From a virus, in IMG/VR virus record IMGVR_UViG_3300047388_000292, positions 34,428 to 98,427 of that record: 64,000 nucleotides of DNA; one strand, given 5' to 3'. Position 1 is the stretch's first letter, and each line of letters opens with the position of its first letter. Shown here piece by piece: positions 31,736 to 40,576 of this stretch. Made by a program: the position numbers and the translations under genes. The notes under the pieces were generated by a model. That model did no database searches and was not told where the DNA came from. It saw only the letters and a list, made by a program, of their open reading frames with translations.

Positions 31736-32671
31736 ATGACCACTACACAAGCAGATGGAATCTTCAGCGGAGGGGGCATCAAAGGTTTGGCGTTTGCCGG
31801 CGCAATCCAAGCTGCCGAGGAAGCTGGCTACACAGAGTGGGGAAGCCTCGCCGGCACATCCGCAGGCGCGATCTGCGCGCTTGCAATGGCTCTCGGCTAC
31901 GACGCCGCTGGACTCAAACAACTGTTCTCCTACGATTTCTCGAAGCTCGACGACGAGATCCTCGGATTCATCCCCAACTACTTTGGCCATGCGATCACAA
32001 AGGGCAACGGCCTGACAGCGTTCATCGCGTCAATCCTCGCCAACGCACCGCTCAAGACCAGTTCGTTTGAGGTCTTTGGTGAGTTGCCGGACGGCAAGCT
32101 GCAGGTGATCAGCACTGACATCACCCGTCAGCGCATGATCGTCTTCCCTCGAGACGCGGCGCTCTACATCGACCCGCTAACCGACAAGCCGTATAAACCG
32201 AGCATGTTTCCACTCGCGCTCGCTGTGCGGATCAGCGCCGGCTACCCCGGATTCTTCCCACCGGTCCTGTTGAAAGACGCAGCATCCGGGCAGGACTCAG
32301 CGCTTGTCGACGGGGGCGTGACTTCCGGCTTCCCGATCTTCCTGTTCGACACACCGAAGCCCACGCGGCCAACCTGGGGATTCGAGCTCTACGACGGGCC
32401 ACCGAACAATCCGATCAGCGGACTACTGTGGCCAATCGGCATGATCAACGCAATCATCAACACCGGCATCAACTCACTCGACACGTTCGAACTCGAAACA
32501 TTCGGAAACCGGATCGTCGCGATCCCCACTGGCTCGGTATCAGCACTCAACTTCTCGCTGACCGACGTACAGAGGAAAGAGCTCTACGACTCGGGCTACC
32601 AGACAACGAAGAAGTTCTTCGCAGCGATCCCGGATCCTACGAACCGCTTCGGCGCAACACCAAGCGTCTGA
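31736..32671 (+). CDS. Patatin-like phospholipase
   Basis: GGGIKG, GTSAG nucleophile elbow and DGG motifs. Confidence 0.9.
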   Translation: MTTTQADGIFSGGGIKGLAFAGAIQAAEEAGYTEWGSLAGTSAGAICALAMALGYDAAGLKQLFSYDFSKLDDEILGFIPNYFGHAITKGNGLTAFIASILANAPLKTSSFEVFGELPDGKLQVISTDITRQRMIVFPRDAALYIDPLTDKPYKPSMFPLALAVRISAGYPGFFPPVLLKDAASGQDSALVDGGVTSGFPIFLFDTPKPTRPTWGFELYDGPPNNPISGLLWPIGMINAIINTGINSLDTFELETFGNRIVAIPTGSVSALNFSLTDVQRKELYDSGYQTTKKFFAAIPDPTNRFGATPSV

Positions 32672-32675
32672 TTCC

Positions 32676-32873
32676 TTACTGCGACGGAGGCGTCCTACGT
32701 CCTACAGGGACAGCTAATTGTGTGTAGCCACCTAGCAGGACATCGACTGCCCAGAAGATGAGTCCTCCGGAAATCCAAGCGTCCCAATTAGCACCGAGTA
32801 CAGCAGTCGGGACGAGCGCACAGATCAGCGCAACGACGAGACAGACAACGGAGAGAAGCATTAGTAAACGCAT
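32676..32873 (-). CDS. Small two-TM membrane protein, probably leaderless
   Basis: Two hydrophobic segments; -10 TAGACT lies 7 nt upstream of the ATG. Confidence 0.6.
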   Translation of the reverse strand: MRLLMLLSVVCLVVALICALVPTAVLGANWDAWISGGLIFWAVDVLLGGYTQLAVPVGRRTPPSQ

Positions 32874-32901
32874 GTCCTACAGTCTACCCCTGTTGTAGGA
32901 C
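32874..32901 (-). promoter_or_regulatory. Promoter (-10 TAGACT) flanked by inverted GTAGGAC motifs
   Basis: Minus strand reads GTCCTAC-aacagggg-TAGACT-GTAGGAC-ATG. Confidence 0.55.
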
Positions 32902-33446
32902 ACTCACAACCCCATCAGAAGATTCATGGGATGCCACGGGAACCACTGAGACCCGAGCAGCTCCCAGTAGCCAGACGCCGTCTCACCAATGATGCTCACA
33001 AGCCAACCACCCTTGCGGCCGTAATTCTCGTCACATTGGAACCGACGCATCATGGGATAAAGTACGGCTCCGAAGCTCGATAGATCGGATCCACCCCGGC
33101 AGCCTTGAGCATCTCGCAGTAGTCAACCGCCTGACCTATATCGAACGTTTCTGTCAAACCGTCAGTAGGCGCGACGATGTAAAAGCGTCTGACCCCAAAT
33201 CCGTACGCCTGCCAGCCAGTGATGAAACCGGCGATCTTGGCGCCGCGGAACATCGCTCTAATCTCCCTATCTTCGTAGGGCACACTCACCGGAAGCACTC
33301 CTCAATCGCGCGGCATATCGCCGACCGATCAGCCTTTCGATACATCTTCCAGGTCAAGTAAGCGCGACAGGAGGATGAGATCAACTGATAGACGTTCCCG
33401 AGAACGAAGACCAGAAGAGCGGCATCAATTGTCCTACGAACCATAA

Positions 33447-33791
33447 CTACGTGAGGATGTAGATAACCCCCGCGATGCTTCCCGTGACTGATAGGAAGAT
33501 CGAGCCACTGAAAACCTCGACTGGGTTTGCAGGTGGCTGAGCCGCAGATACTCCGTTCTGCTGAAGGTTGATATCCATGAGCTCGACGCCACCCGTTCCC
33601 GTTCCATCGAACAACCTCACTCGAGCAATTCCCGAGCCAGTCTCGTAGACCTCCCAGCCAGCAAGCCCGGAAATCGAAGGAATCTTGACCCCAGATGCAT
33701 CCCCAGGAAGCTGCGTGACACCGACCTGTGCGATGACCGACGAGACAGTCGTCGGATTCGGAAGCGCAATAGGTACGCTCGCGCCAGACAC
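33447..33791 (-). CDS. Hypothetical protein (possible structural beta protein)
   Basis: 114 aa, 'VRLFDGT...PVEVFSGSIF'. Confidence 0.45.
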   Translation of the reverse strand: MSGASVPIALPNPTTVSSVIAQVGVTQLPGDASGVKIPSISGLAGWEVYETGSGIARVRLFDGTGTGGVELMDINLQQNGVSAAQPPANPVEVFSGSIFLSVTGSIAGVIYILT

Positions 33792-34134
33792 GGTACGATC
33801 TCCGTCGTACTACGTGTTGACAACCATCACGATATGGGATAGAGAGAACCAGACAGTCTCTCCGCCTGGATCCCCATCGCCCATCCCGCCGGCTGCAGTC
33901 GTTGCCGTGAAGCCATTGAGCGATCCACTCGCGGTGATCATCGCAGCGATGGTCGCTGGCGAGGAGCACCTGACCGTCCGCGTGCCAGACTGCGGAGCGG
34001 CACTCGTGTCTACGGTTACTGCGATGCCAGCTATGACTTCGTCTCCTTTGCTCGTTGAAAAGCACTTCAAATCATAGCGCCTTGCGGGGTCGCATCACCA
34101 AAGCCCGCAAGAATCTCCCGCGATAGGCAGAAAA

Positions 34135-34261
34135 AACCAGCCTCGACGGTCTACCTGACAGGGTCCTGTGGTAGATTGCTCGTGCGTTCCGGCTACTCAC
34201 CGGACGCAGCGGGTTCGTCTCCCGCTCGTTGAGCGACTGGACCCCTCGACAGTCTCTGGCT
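34135..34261 (-). ncRNA. Candidate structured non-coding RNA (multibranch with pseudoknot)
   Basis: Intergenic. Five or six nested or adjacent stems, loop-loop complementarity, U-tract at the minus-strand 3' end. Strand uncertain. Confidence 0.5.
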
Positions 34262-34947
34262 AGAAGAGCATCGGGGGGTCCTTTCGCGTCATGCGCGCGG
34301 AACCTAACTGATGGGGTTCGTCTACCCGTTCTTTTTGAGCGCTGGACTTCCTTGGTTCCCTACAACCAACACAGATACTACTGCCTACTCCATCCGGCGC
34401 GTAGGCTCTTTGCACTCCTGAATTCCCGCAATTTGCTCTTTTTGGCAGCGCATCGCCCAACGCCAACACAAGTACTCGATCGGGTTCCTCCTGGAAATAC
34501 CTCTGGAACCCAACATAAACCCGACTATTCCTCCAATAGTTAGAGACCACACCACAATGATGACGATCAAGAAGCTCATCTGTCCTGTTGGTAAGTCAAC
34601 CACTTACCATATATATAAGATCCTACACACGTTCCCCCACAACTTCCCATTCCACCCCGGCATAGGGATCGATCCGCACCCGCACCTTGCGGCCACCATC
34701 GCCGACCATGGTCAACGTGACCGATGGCCAGCCGGGCGCACTCAACTGAGTTCGCTCCTCTTTCTCTACCCCTCCGATCTCGTGTAGGAGGTTGACCAGA
34801 TCAGACTGAACAGAGGTGAGGGACGAGTCGGTAGGAGACATCATCAATCCGTCAGCCATGCGCCCACGATCAAAATCAAGATCAACACAATGGCGAACAC
34901 CCCAAAGGTCCAGTAGTCGTAGCTGTGCAAGCCGAGGAACGCGAAGA

Positions 34948-35409
34948 TCATTTGTCCTCCCGATCGAAACGATCAAGGATTGACTTGATGCCACCCTCAG
35001 TGTGCTCATCCAAGCGGTCGACGATCGTCTCAATATCAGAAAATTGCTTCTCTGCCCGCGCATCAGATACTTTCTGCTGAACATCTTGGCCAACCATGAT
35101 GATCGACAGAAGAACGAGCTGAATAAACGTCTGCGCGATCCAAGAGACGATCAGAATCAACCCCGGCTTGGTCATGAACGTCGGCACCGAGCTCGCCTTG
35201 ATCACCCCGGCTTCGATCAAAATCGCTGGCAGCGAGACCAACGCGATCAAACAGAACAAGTAGGCGCAGGCCATCGTGCCAACTGCCCCAGTCACAATCA
35301 CCGCAACCTTGGCATTCAGCCCTTCAACCGCTGCCATGTCACGCTTGATCTGAGCAGGAGAGAATCGAACCGCTGCAGCAAGATGATGACGAGTCTTCGG
35401 AACGCTCAC
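34948..35409 (-). CDS. DUF1003-like membrane protein
   Basis: VTGAVGTM.CAY.F..IAL...QTFIQLVLLSIIMVGQ. Probable GTG start at 35409. Confidence 0.65.
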   Translation of the reverse strand: MSVPKTRHHLAAAVRFSPAQIKRDMAAVEGLNAKVAVIVTGAVGTMACAYLFCLIALVSLPAILIEAGVIKASSVPTFMTKPGLILIVSWIAQTFIQLVLLSIIMVGQDVQQKVSDARAEKQFSDIETIVDRLDEHTEGGIKSILDRFDREDK

Positions 35410-35668
35410 CCTGACAATTCCTCTATTGGTTTCACGAGCAAGCTTTGTCATTTCGTAGGCCAAACCCCTATCCAACCGGTGAGCTCGAGTAGAAAAGTGC
35501 AACCCTGGCAGCGTTCGTCGTCAGCGCCAGCGAGACGCGAGCCATTATTCCTGTGACCACAGAGCGCCACGTCACCAACCATAGGCGCCCGAGGAGAAGA
35601 CGGCCTCAAATAGAAGTGAACAACCGTAGACGGCGCCAGCCCCGCGAGCTCACCCGGATTGGTGATGC

Positions 35669-36097
35669 TCATCGTTGACCCCTCAACGATAATGTTGATC
35701 CGTCCTCTACCCCCTGAAGGATTTTTGGCGTATCGGCCATACGACGACGCTCTTCTCCTCGAGACTCGCCACCGGAAAGCGGCTGAGCACCTGACGAGAG
35801 CACTCCGATGACGTCGGAAAGGCGCGCGACGAATAACTCTTCGCCATCATCGTCAAGCAGGGCGAGCGCGGCTGGCCTGCCAGTCCCAATTGAATCGTCG
35901 ATGGCATCTTTCAGCTCTCGACGCGTCTGCGACCACGACCTGCCGCGCTCAGCTTTTGCCTGGATCAGGAAGACCGCTTGAACATCACCACGCGAGCTCC
36001 ACTTGTTACCGCTACCAGGAACCAGATGACCACCAGAAATAACCGAGACACGTTCCTCCCAATCCCGGCCTCTCTGGAGTGCGACCTGATCAGGCAT
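35669..36097 (-). CDS. Holliday junction resolvase-like PD-(D/E)XK nuclease
   Basis: G.DWE.RV....GG..VPGSG....GDV....IQAK. Confidence 0.65.
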   Translation of the reverse strand: MPDQVALQRGRDWEERVSVISGGHLVPGSGNKWSSRGDVQAVFLIQAKAERGRSWSQTRRELKDAIDDSIGTGRPAALALLDDDGEELFVARLSDVIGVLSSGAQPLSGGESRGEERRRMADTPKILQGVEDGSTLSLRGQR

Positions 36098-36259
36098 CTT
36101 CCTCCTACTGTTGCGGCTTCGGAGTAGGAGAGTCTGGAATGCCTTCGCCACCGGTGGGTTGATTCACAGGAGGCACTTGAATCTCAGAACGATCATCCTG
36201 AGCTGCAGACGTGGCCTGCTCTGGAGTCCCGGCACCAATGATTTCCTCAATCTCCTCAG

Positions 36260-36940
36260 TCATGCCGATCCTTCGGCGTCCGCGGTCAGATTCTCTGCGA
36301 TGTCCGTCTTCGTGTCCGCCGACTTGACATCCACGCCCGCTTCGCCGGCTGCGGCCACGAGCTCGTCCTTGCTGTGATCTGAGACCATCTGCTCCGGCTC
36401 CACGGCCGGGTCGGCAGCTTGCTCTGCAACGGTCGGAGCAGCCCCCTCAGCGTCACCAGACGGGGGCACATCCGACAACGCTTCGCCCGACCGGGGGTCT
36501 GAGTCGGACTCCGGGGACTGCTCCTCCTGCGCCGGGGATTCGGTCGGCGCAGTCTCTGTGGGAATCGGGTACGCGCCGACGACGCCACTGTCCGACAGTG
36601 GGGCCTCAGTCGTTTGCTCAGGCTCGGAAGGACTCGCAGCCAGCGCATCAGCGATCGGCATCGGCTCTCGCGCAGCAGGAGGAACTGCATCCGGCTCCAG
36701 TACACCAAAAACATGGATCACAACACTGTCTCCGGGGCCTGACTCGGAGGCCGCATGTCCTGACGCACTCGCTCGAACATGTCCACCGAACGCCTTGACG
36801 ACATTCCGAACAGCCTCCTCGACAGCGCGCACCACGCTCTGCTCGCGTTCTCCCATACTGTTGACGTAGTCAGGAACAAACTCATGGCTCTCGAGGTGTT
36901 CCTCAGCATTGCCATCAAACGAATTCAGGTTGAAAGACAT
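36260..36940 (-). CDS. Acidic low-complexity protein with a C-terminal Rho-N/HeH-like motif
   Basis: SKDELVAAAGEAGVDVKSADTKTDIAENL. Confidence 0.5.
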   Translation of the reverse strand: MSFNLNSFDGNAEEHLESHEFVPDYVNSMGEREQSVVRAVEEAVRNVVKAFGGHVRASASGHAASESGPGDSVVIHVFGVLEPDAVPPAAREPMPIADALAASPSEPEQTTEAPLSDSGVVGAYPIPTETAPTESPAQEEQSPESDSDPRSGEALSDVPPSGDAEGAAPTVAEQAADPAVEPEQMVSDHSKDELVAAAGEAGVDVKSADTKTDIAENLTADAEGSA

Positions 36941-36967
36941 GTGGGTCTCCTTATTTGTCGGATTTTC

Positions 36968-37663
36968 TTACTGCCTTGCGCCGGCTGGAACTGTGACATC
37001 GCCTTGTTCTGCGAGCAACTGTGCCCATGTGTCCCAACTCATGTAGAACCGACCGCCGACGCCGTAGGACGGGCCCCACGAATTCATAAATCCGACGAGT
37101 TGGTTGGGAGCGTCGATCTCGTCCGCCATGAACTCGTGCCCGCCGCGAACTGTCGCATCAGAGGCAATCTCCACCAACCCACTAGAATCCGGTTGATCAA
37201 ACGAGCTATACCAATTGACACCAGTGATCACAGAGCCGAGAACGAGCGCACCGAGAGCATGCTGAACATCGAACGCGTGCGCGTAAGACTTGATCATCCC
37301 GAGCTCGACCGCAGCCTTGCACACCTCGAGCCCAGACCCACCCGGATCGTTGGGCGGGTAGGGCTGCCCCTCGTTCGCGGTCTCCCGCTCATACAGCCTG
37401 ACAGCGCCGCGCTCGGTCCACGGGCCATGCGCCGGCACGTTCGGTTTGGTGTTCAGGTGCCCGATGAGCGCGTTAGCAGTGCAGGACCCGATGTTTCCTT
37501 GATCGAGCGGCAGGCCGATCGAGGCATGCTTGATCGACACAATGGTGGATGCAGTAGGCGCAGCGAAGTTGCGCGACCGCGAATCATGCACGACATGACG
37601 TCCAAGTGGCTTTCCAACAACATGTATCTCGGGAATTAGGATGCGGACGATGTCGACAGACAA
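36968..37663 (-). CDS. Papain-like (C1) cysteine peptidase
   Basis: DQGNIGSCTANA, GGHEF and NSWG catalytic motifs. Confidence 0.85.
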   Translation of the reverse strand: MSVDIVRILIPEIHVVGKPLGRHVVHDSRSRNFAAPTASTIVSIKHASIGLPLDQGNIGSCTANALIGHLNTKPNVPAHGPWTERGAVRLYERETANEGQPYPPNDPGGSGLEVCKAAVELGMIKSYAHAFDVQHALGALVLGSVITGVNWYSSFDQPDSSGLVEIASDATVRGGHEFMADEIDAPNQLVGFMNSWGPSYGVGGRFYMSWDTWAQLLAEQGDVTVPAGARQ

Positions 37664-37955
37664 GACTTCTCCTCGGTTATTTCGTAGATCTGAAGGAACA
37701 CTTGATCTTTACATGGATAGTATTCGTTCTCCACGCCCTGAATAATCCAGTCAGTCTGACCTGCCTTCATGTCTCCCTCGAGTGTCGAAACGATGATGAA
37801 GGCAGTCTCATTCAGCGGTAGACGCAGGATCCCCCCGCACCAATCAGCAAGATCTTGAGCTTGGCGCCGGAATTCACGCCAATTATCCTCGAACTCTTCG
37901 ATCGGAACAAACCTCCGAGCTTCGACAACCACAGGGATTTTCCGGAAGAACGGCA
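37636..37955 (-). CDS. Conserved phage protein
   Basis: FRKIPVVVEA...TLEGDMKA...DWIIQGVENEYYPCK..VF...YE. Confidence 0.65.
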
Positions 37956-38175
37956 TCAGAGCTGTGTCAAAACATGCTTTCGCAGACTGGCACGAATACT
38001 GATCGATTCCCAATCTGAAACCTCTGGATGTCTAGCGAGAGCCATCAATAACGCATGGTTGATACTAAATGCCTGCACGTCTTCAGAGACAATGCGTGAG
38101 GAAGTGTGTCGCTGCTTGAACGCCACATGAAAGCAATGTTTATCGACTTCCATCATCCCCTTCTCTATTAGCCCT

Positions 38176-38631
38176 TCACTGAACGAGAGGAGACTGAGAC
38201 TGGACAGGAACCTCAGAGGTCTGAGGAGCAAGACCAGCAGTACCGAGCTTGGAGAACAGCGCATTGATCGACTGACCGACCGCAACAGGAACATGCTGAT
38301 CGATCGCCTTCTCGATCTCAGCCTGATGTGTCCGAAAGAGCTCCTCGATGTCCTTGATGGGGACAACAGTTTGCGGGTTAGCGGCAATTTCAGCGCGAAC
38401 CTTCGCCTCAATCCCAGCAGCCGACTGCGTCAGCGCAACCCACTTCGCTCGATGGTGAAGCCAGGTGAGTGCAGCACCACCGGCAACGGTGAACCCAGCA
38501 ATCATCGGCGCGACAATCTGATCAGACGGGACGTGGATGGCATGCTTAGCCAGCCACCCACTGAGCACCCCGGCAGCGGCAGCGAACAGAGGAGTGAGAA
38601 CGGCAACAGTACGTTCGATAGACCAAGTCAT
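38176..38631 (-). CDS. Putative holin
   Basis: Two N-terminal TM segments, directly after the lysin. Confidence 0.6.
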   Translation of the reverse strand: MTWSIERTVAVLTPLFAAAAGVLSGWLAKHAIHVPSDQIVAPMIAGFTVAGGAALTWLHHRAKWVALTQSAAGIEAKVRAEIAANPQTVVPIKDIEELFRTHQAEIEKAIDQHVPVAVGQSINALFSKLGTAGLAPQTSEVPVQSQSPLVQ

Positions 38632-38643
38632 GCAGATATTCTC

Positions 38644-39615
38644 CTAACCGCCTAGAGGCTTTGAGTTGAAGGGCAACGAATGAACACGCCACCCCTTACC
38701 ACTGACCGTCCAATGGCCCTTCGTAATTCGTACAGTTGCGCTACCAGATGCAGCCGGAACCTGTATCTCAGCGCTCGACTGCTTAGCTGCAGGTGGCTTT
38801 GGCGGCGGCGGCTTCGGTGCGACAGGCAGCTTGGTAATCCCATAGTCGACATTCACGTCGTCACGTCCGATACCGGGAACACTCACAACTGGCCCATATC
38901 GTCCGTCGGTGAACTGCCATGCCAAAATAGATTGTGATGTCAACGATCCAACCGAACAGGTCCAGACGCACGGTGTATGCGCCGGCCCGAATGCGGCGGT
39001 CCACATCGGCAAGCCTGGATTCGAGCTGTCCGGGTTCGAGCCGGGCGACGTGTACTCCACCACCGTCAACCCTGCTCGCCTAACGATCGGTGCCATGCAC
39101 GCGTCGTAGCCGCGAGCCTCCGGCGTCTCCGAGTCAAACACGACAACCTTTAGACCAAATTTCTGCGCCGCCCACACGATCAGCCCCGCCTCATGTGCAC
39201 AGCCGGTGTTGCGCACAAACCAGTAGCCCGCGCGCCAGAAACCCAGCCGTGCCGTTTCGCTCGCGTTGCGTGTCGCCTGCGAATCAAGCGTGTACTCGCC
39301 GAGCTTGAAGATGCCGGCCAGATGCCAACCGTGAGAACGCTGCCATTGAGCAACAGAGCCCCAGTTGACGGCCCCTTGCCATACGCTCACATCCGGATAT
39401 AAAGACCCAGACGGCGCAGTCAGCGTAGGATTGAGCAACAGCGAGACCGAGGCGTTGCAACCCATTTGCGCCTCATTCTTCGGACAAGGATTTGTCGACG
39501 CTGTATGCGGCGACGGCCCAGGAGAAACCGTAGATGTGGACTTAGAAGTACTTCCCCCGCATGAGGAGGCTAGTCCTACACACAGGATCGCGCACGTAAG
39601 CATGCGGATCTTCAT
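38644..39615 (-). CDS. GH25-family lysozyme/endolysin with lipoprotein signal
   Basis: DVSVWQG, FDSE, WQFTD and D.N GH25 motifs. N-terminal MKIRMLTCAILCVGLASSC lipobox. Confidence 0.75.
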   Translation of the reverse strand: MKIRMLTCAILCVGLASSCGGSTSKSTSTVSPGPSPHTASTNPCPKNEAQMGCNASVSLLLNPTLTAPSGSLYPDVSVWQGAVNWGSVAQWQRSHGWHLAGIFKLGEYTLDSQATRNASETARLGFWRAGYWFVRNTGCAHEAGLIVWAAQKFGLKVVVFDSETPEARGYDACMAPIVRRAGLTVVEYTSPGSNPDSSNPGLPMWTAAFGPAHTPCVWTCSVGSLTSQSILAWQFTDGRYGPVVSVPGIGRDDVNVDYGITKLPVAPKPPPPKPPAAKQSSAEIQVPAASGSATVRITKGHWTVSGKGWRVHSLPFNSKPLGG

Positions 39616-39644
39616 TATTTGACTCCAACTCGTTGAGGACAACG

Positions 39645-39683
39645 ATCCTACGCCTACCTGACAAGATCGTCAAGGTGTAGGAC
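39645..39683 (-). promoter_or_regulatory. Sigma-A-type promoter for the lysis cassette
   Basis: TTGACG-N17-TAGGAT on the minus strand, with GTCCTAC just upstream of the -35. Confidence 0.65.
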
Positions 39684-39693
39684 AAAACGACCT

Positions 39694-40446
39694 TTACACG
39701 ACCTTCCTCCTCATTTCGTCCGTAATCTTATTCAGGTCGTCGTTGAGCTCAGACGACCCAAAATGAAATGCAAGCCAACGAGCGATGTAGTCGAGAAAAC
39801 TTGAAGCCCAAGGGATGTCTGGATTATCAGTCTCGCCAAGTGGCTCAAATCTTCTATGAGCGAACTTGCGAACAAGCATGTCGAAGTCAGCTCCATACTG
39901 GGCACCGATACTCCACATGGTCGCGTACCCATCGAGGAGACCTTGAATAGTGCTCCCCTCCTTACCTGCACCTTTGATAAAAATCTCTCCCACAGTCCCG
40001 TCGTCGTAGAGGCCCGCAGTGATGTAGAAACGGAATCCTCCGACGGACGCATGATGTGTGAGACCTCTGCGCTCGATCGGCATCTTCCGTCGCTGAAGAG
40101 CCTCTTTGGATCCCTCCACTCTTCCTCCATTCACGAGCAAGTCATACGGCGACGGTGAACGCAACTCAATTTGTCGAGCTCGCCGATCTGCCTCGTTCTG
40201 GACCACTTCCACACGTTTCTGATCCTGCTTGCGCTGCCGATCATCCTCGGCAACACGAAGATCTACCCAAACACGCACCGTGTGATGAGTCACACCAAGT
40301 TCCGCAGCAATCCCCCTGTAGGACATCCCATCCCGGAACATCTCTCGAGCGCGCTCCCGACGCTGCTCGCGCGCCAACTGCACCCCATCACGACGCCGAT
40401 CTATATCCTCCGGATCGACACCGACCATCAGCTCGATTGGTCGCAA
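39694..40446 (-). CDS. HTH domain fused to a class II ribonucleotide reductase C-terminal (TSCPD/NrdJb-like) domain
   Basis: GMSYRGIAAELGVTHHTV HTH, then YITAGLYDDG.VGEIFI....EGST...FEP.G.TDNPDI..ASS.LDYI.RWL. Confidence 0.75.
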   Translation of the reverse strand: MRPIELMVGVDPEDIDRRRDGVQLAREQRRERAREMFRDGMSYRGIAAELGVTHHTVRVWVDLRVAEDDRQRKQDQKRVEVVQNEADRRARQIELRSPSPYDLLVNGGRVEGSKEALQRRKMPIERRGLTHHASVGGFRFYITAGLYDDGTVGEIFIKGAGKEGSTIQGLLDGYATMWSIGAQYGADFDMLVRKFAHRRFEPLGETDNPDIPWASSFLDYIARWLAFHFGSSELNDDLNKITDEMRRKVV

Positions 40447-40576
40447 GTTCGTCTCCTTCGTTGAGTCCTCTTCCTCAAATGAATCGCCCCGATCCGTCAG
40501 GTACTCAAGACCAGGGCGAAACTACACGGGAATCTGTCGAGGCAGGTATTCCATCAGCACCACCTCCTCTATTTGT

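Noticed and set aside
31736-32671. Complete CBASS system
   Set aside because: No CD-NTase or Cap2/Cap3 genes nearby.
34142-34234. tRNA (Sec-like 8/5 fold) call
   Set aside because: It has a T-arm-like hairpin and a possible acceptor stem, but no separate D and anticodon arms and no CCA. Kept only as an unassigned ncRNA candidate.
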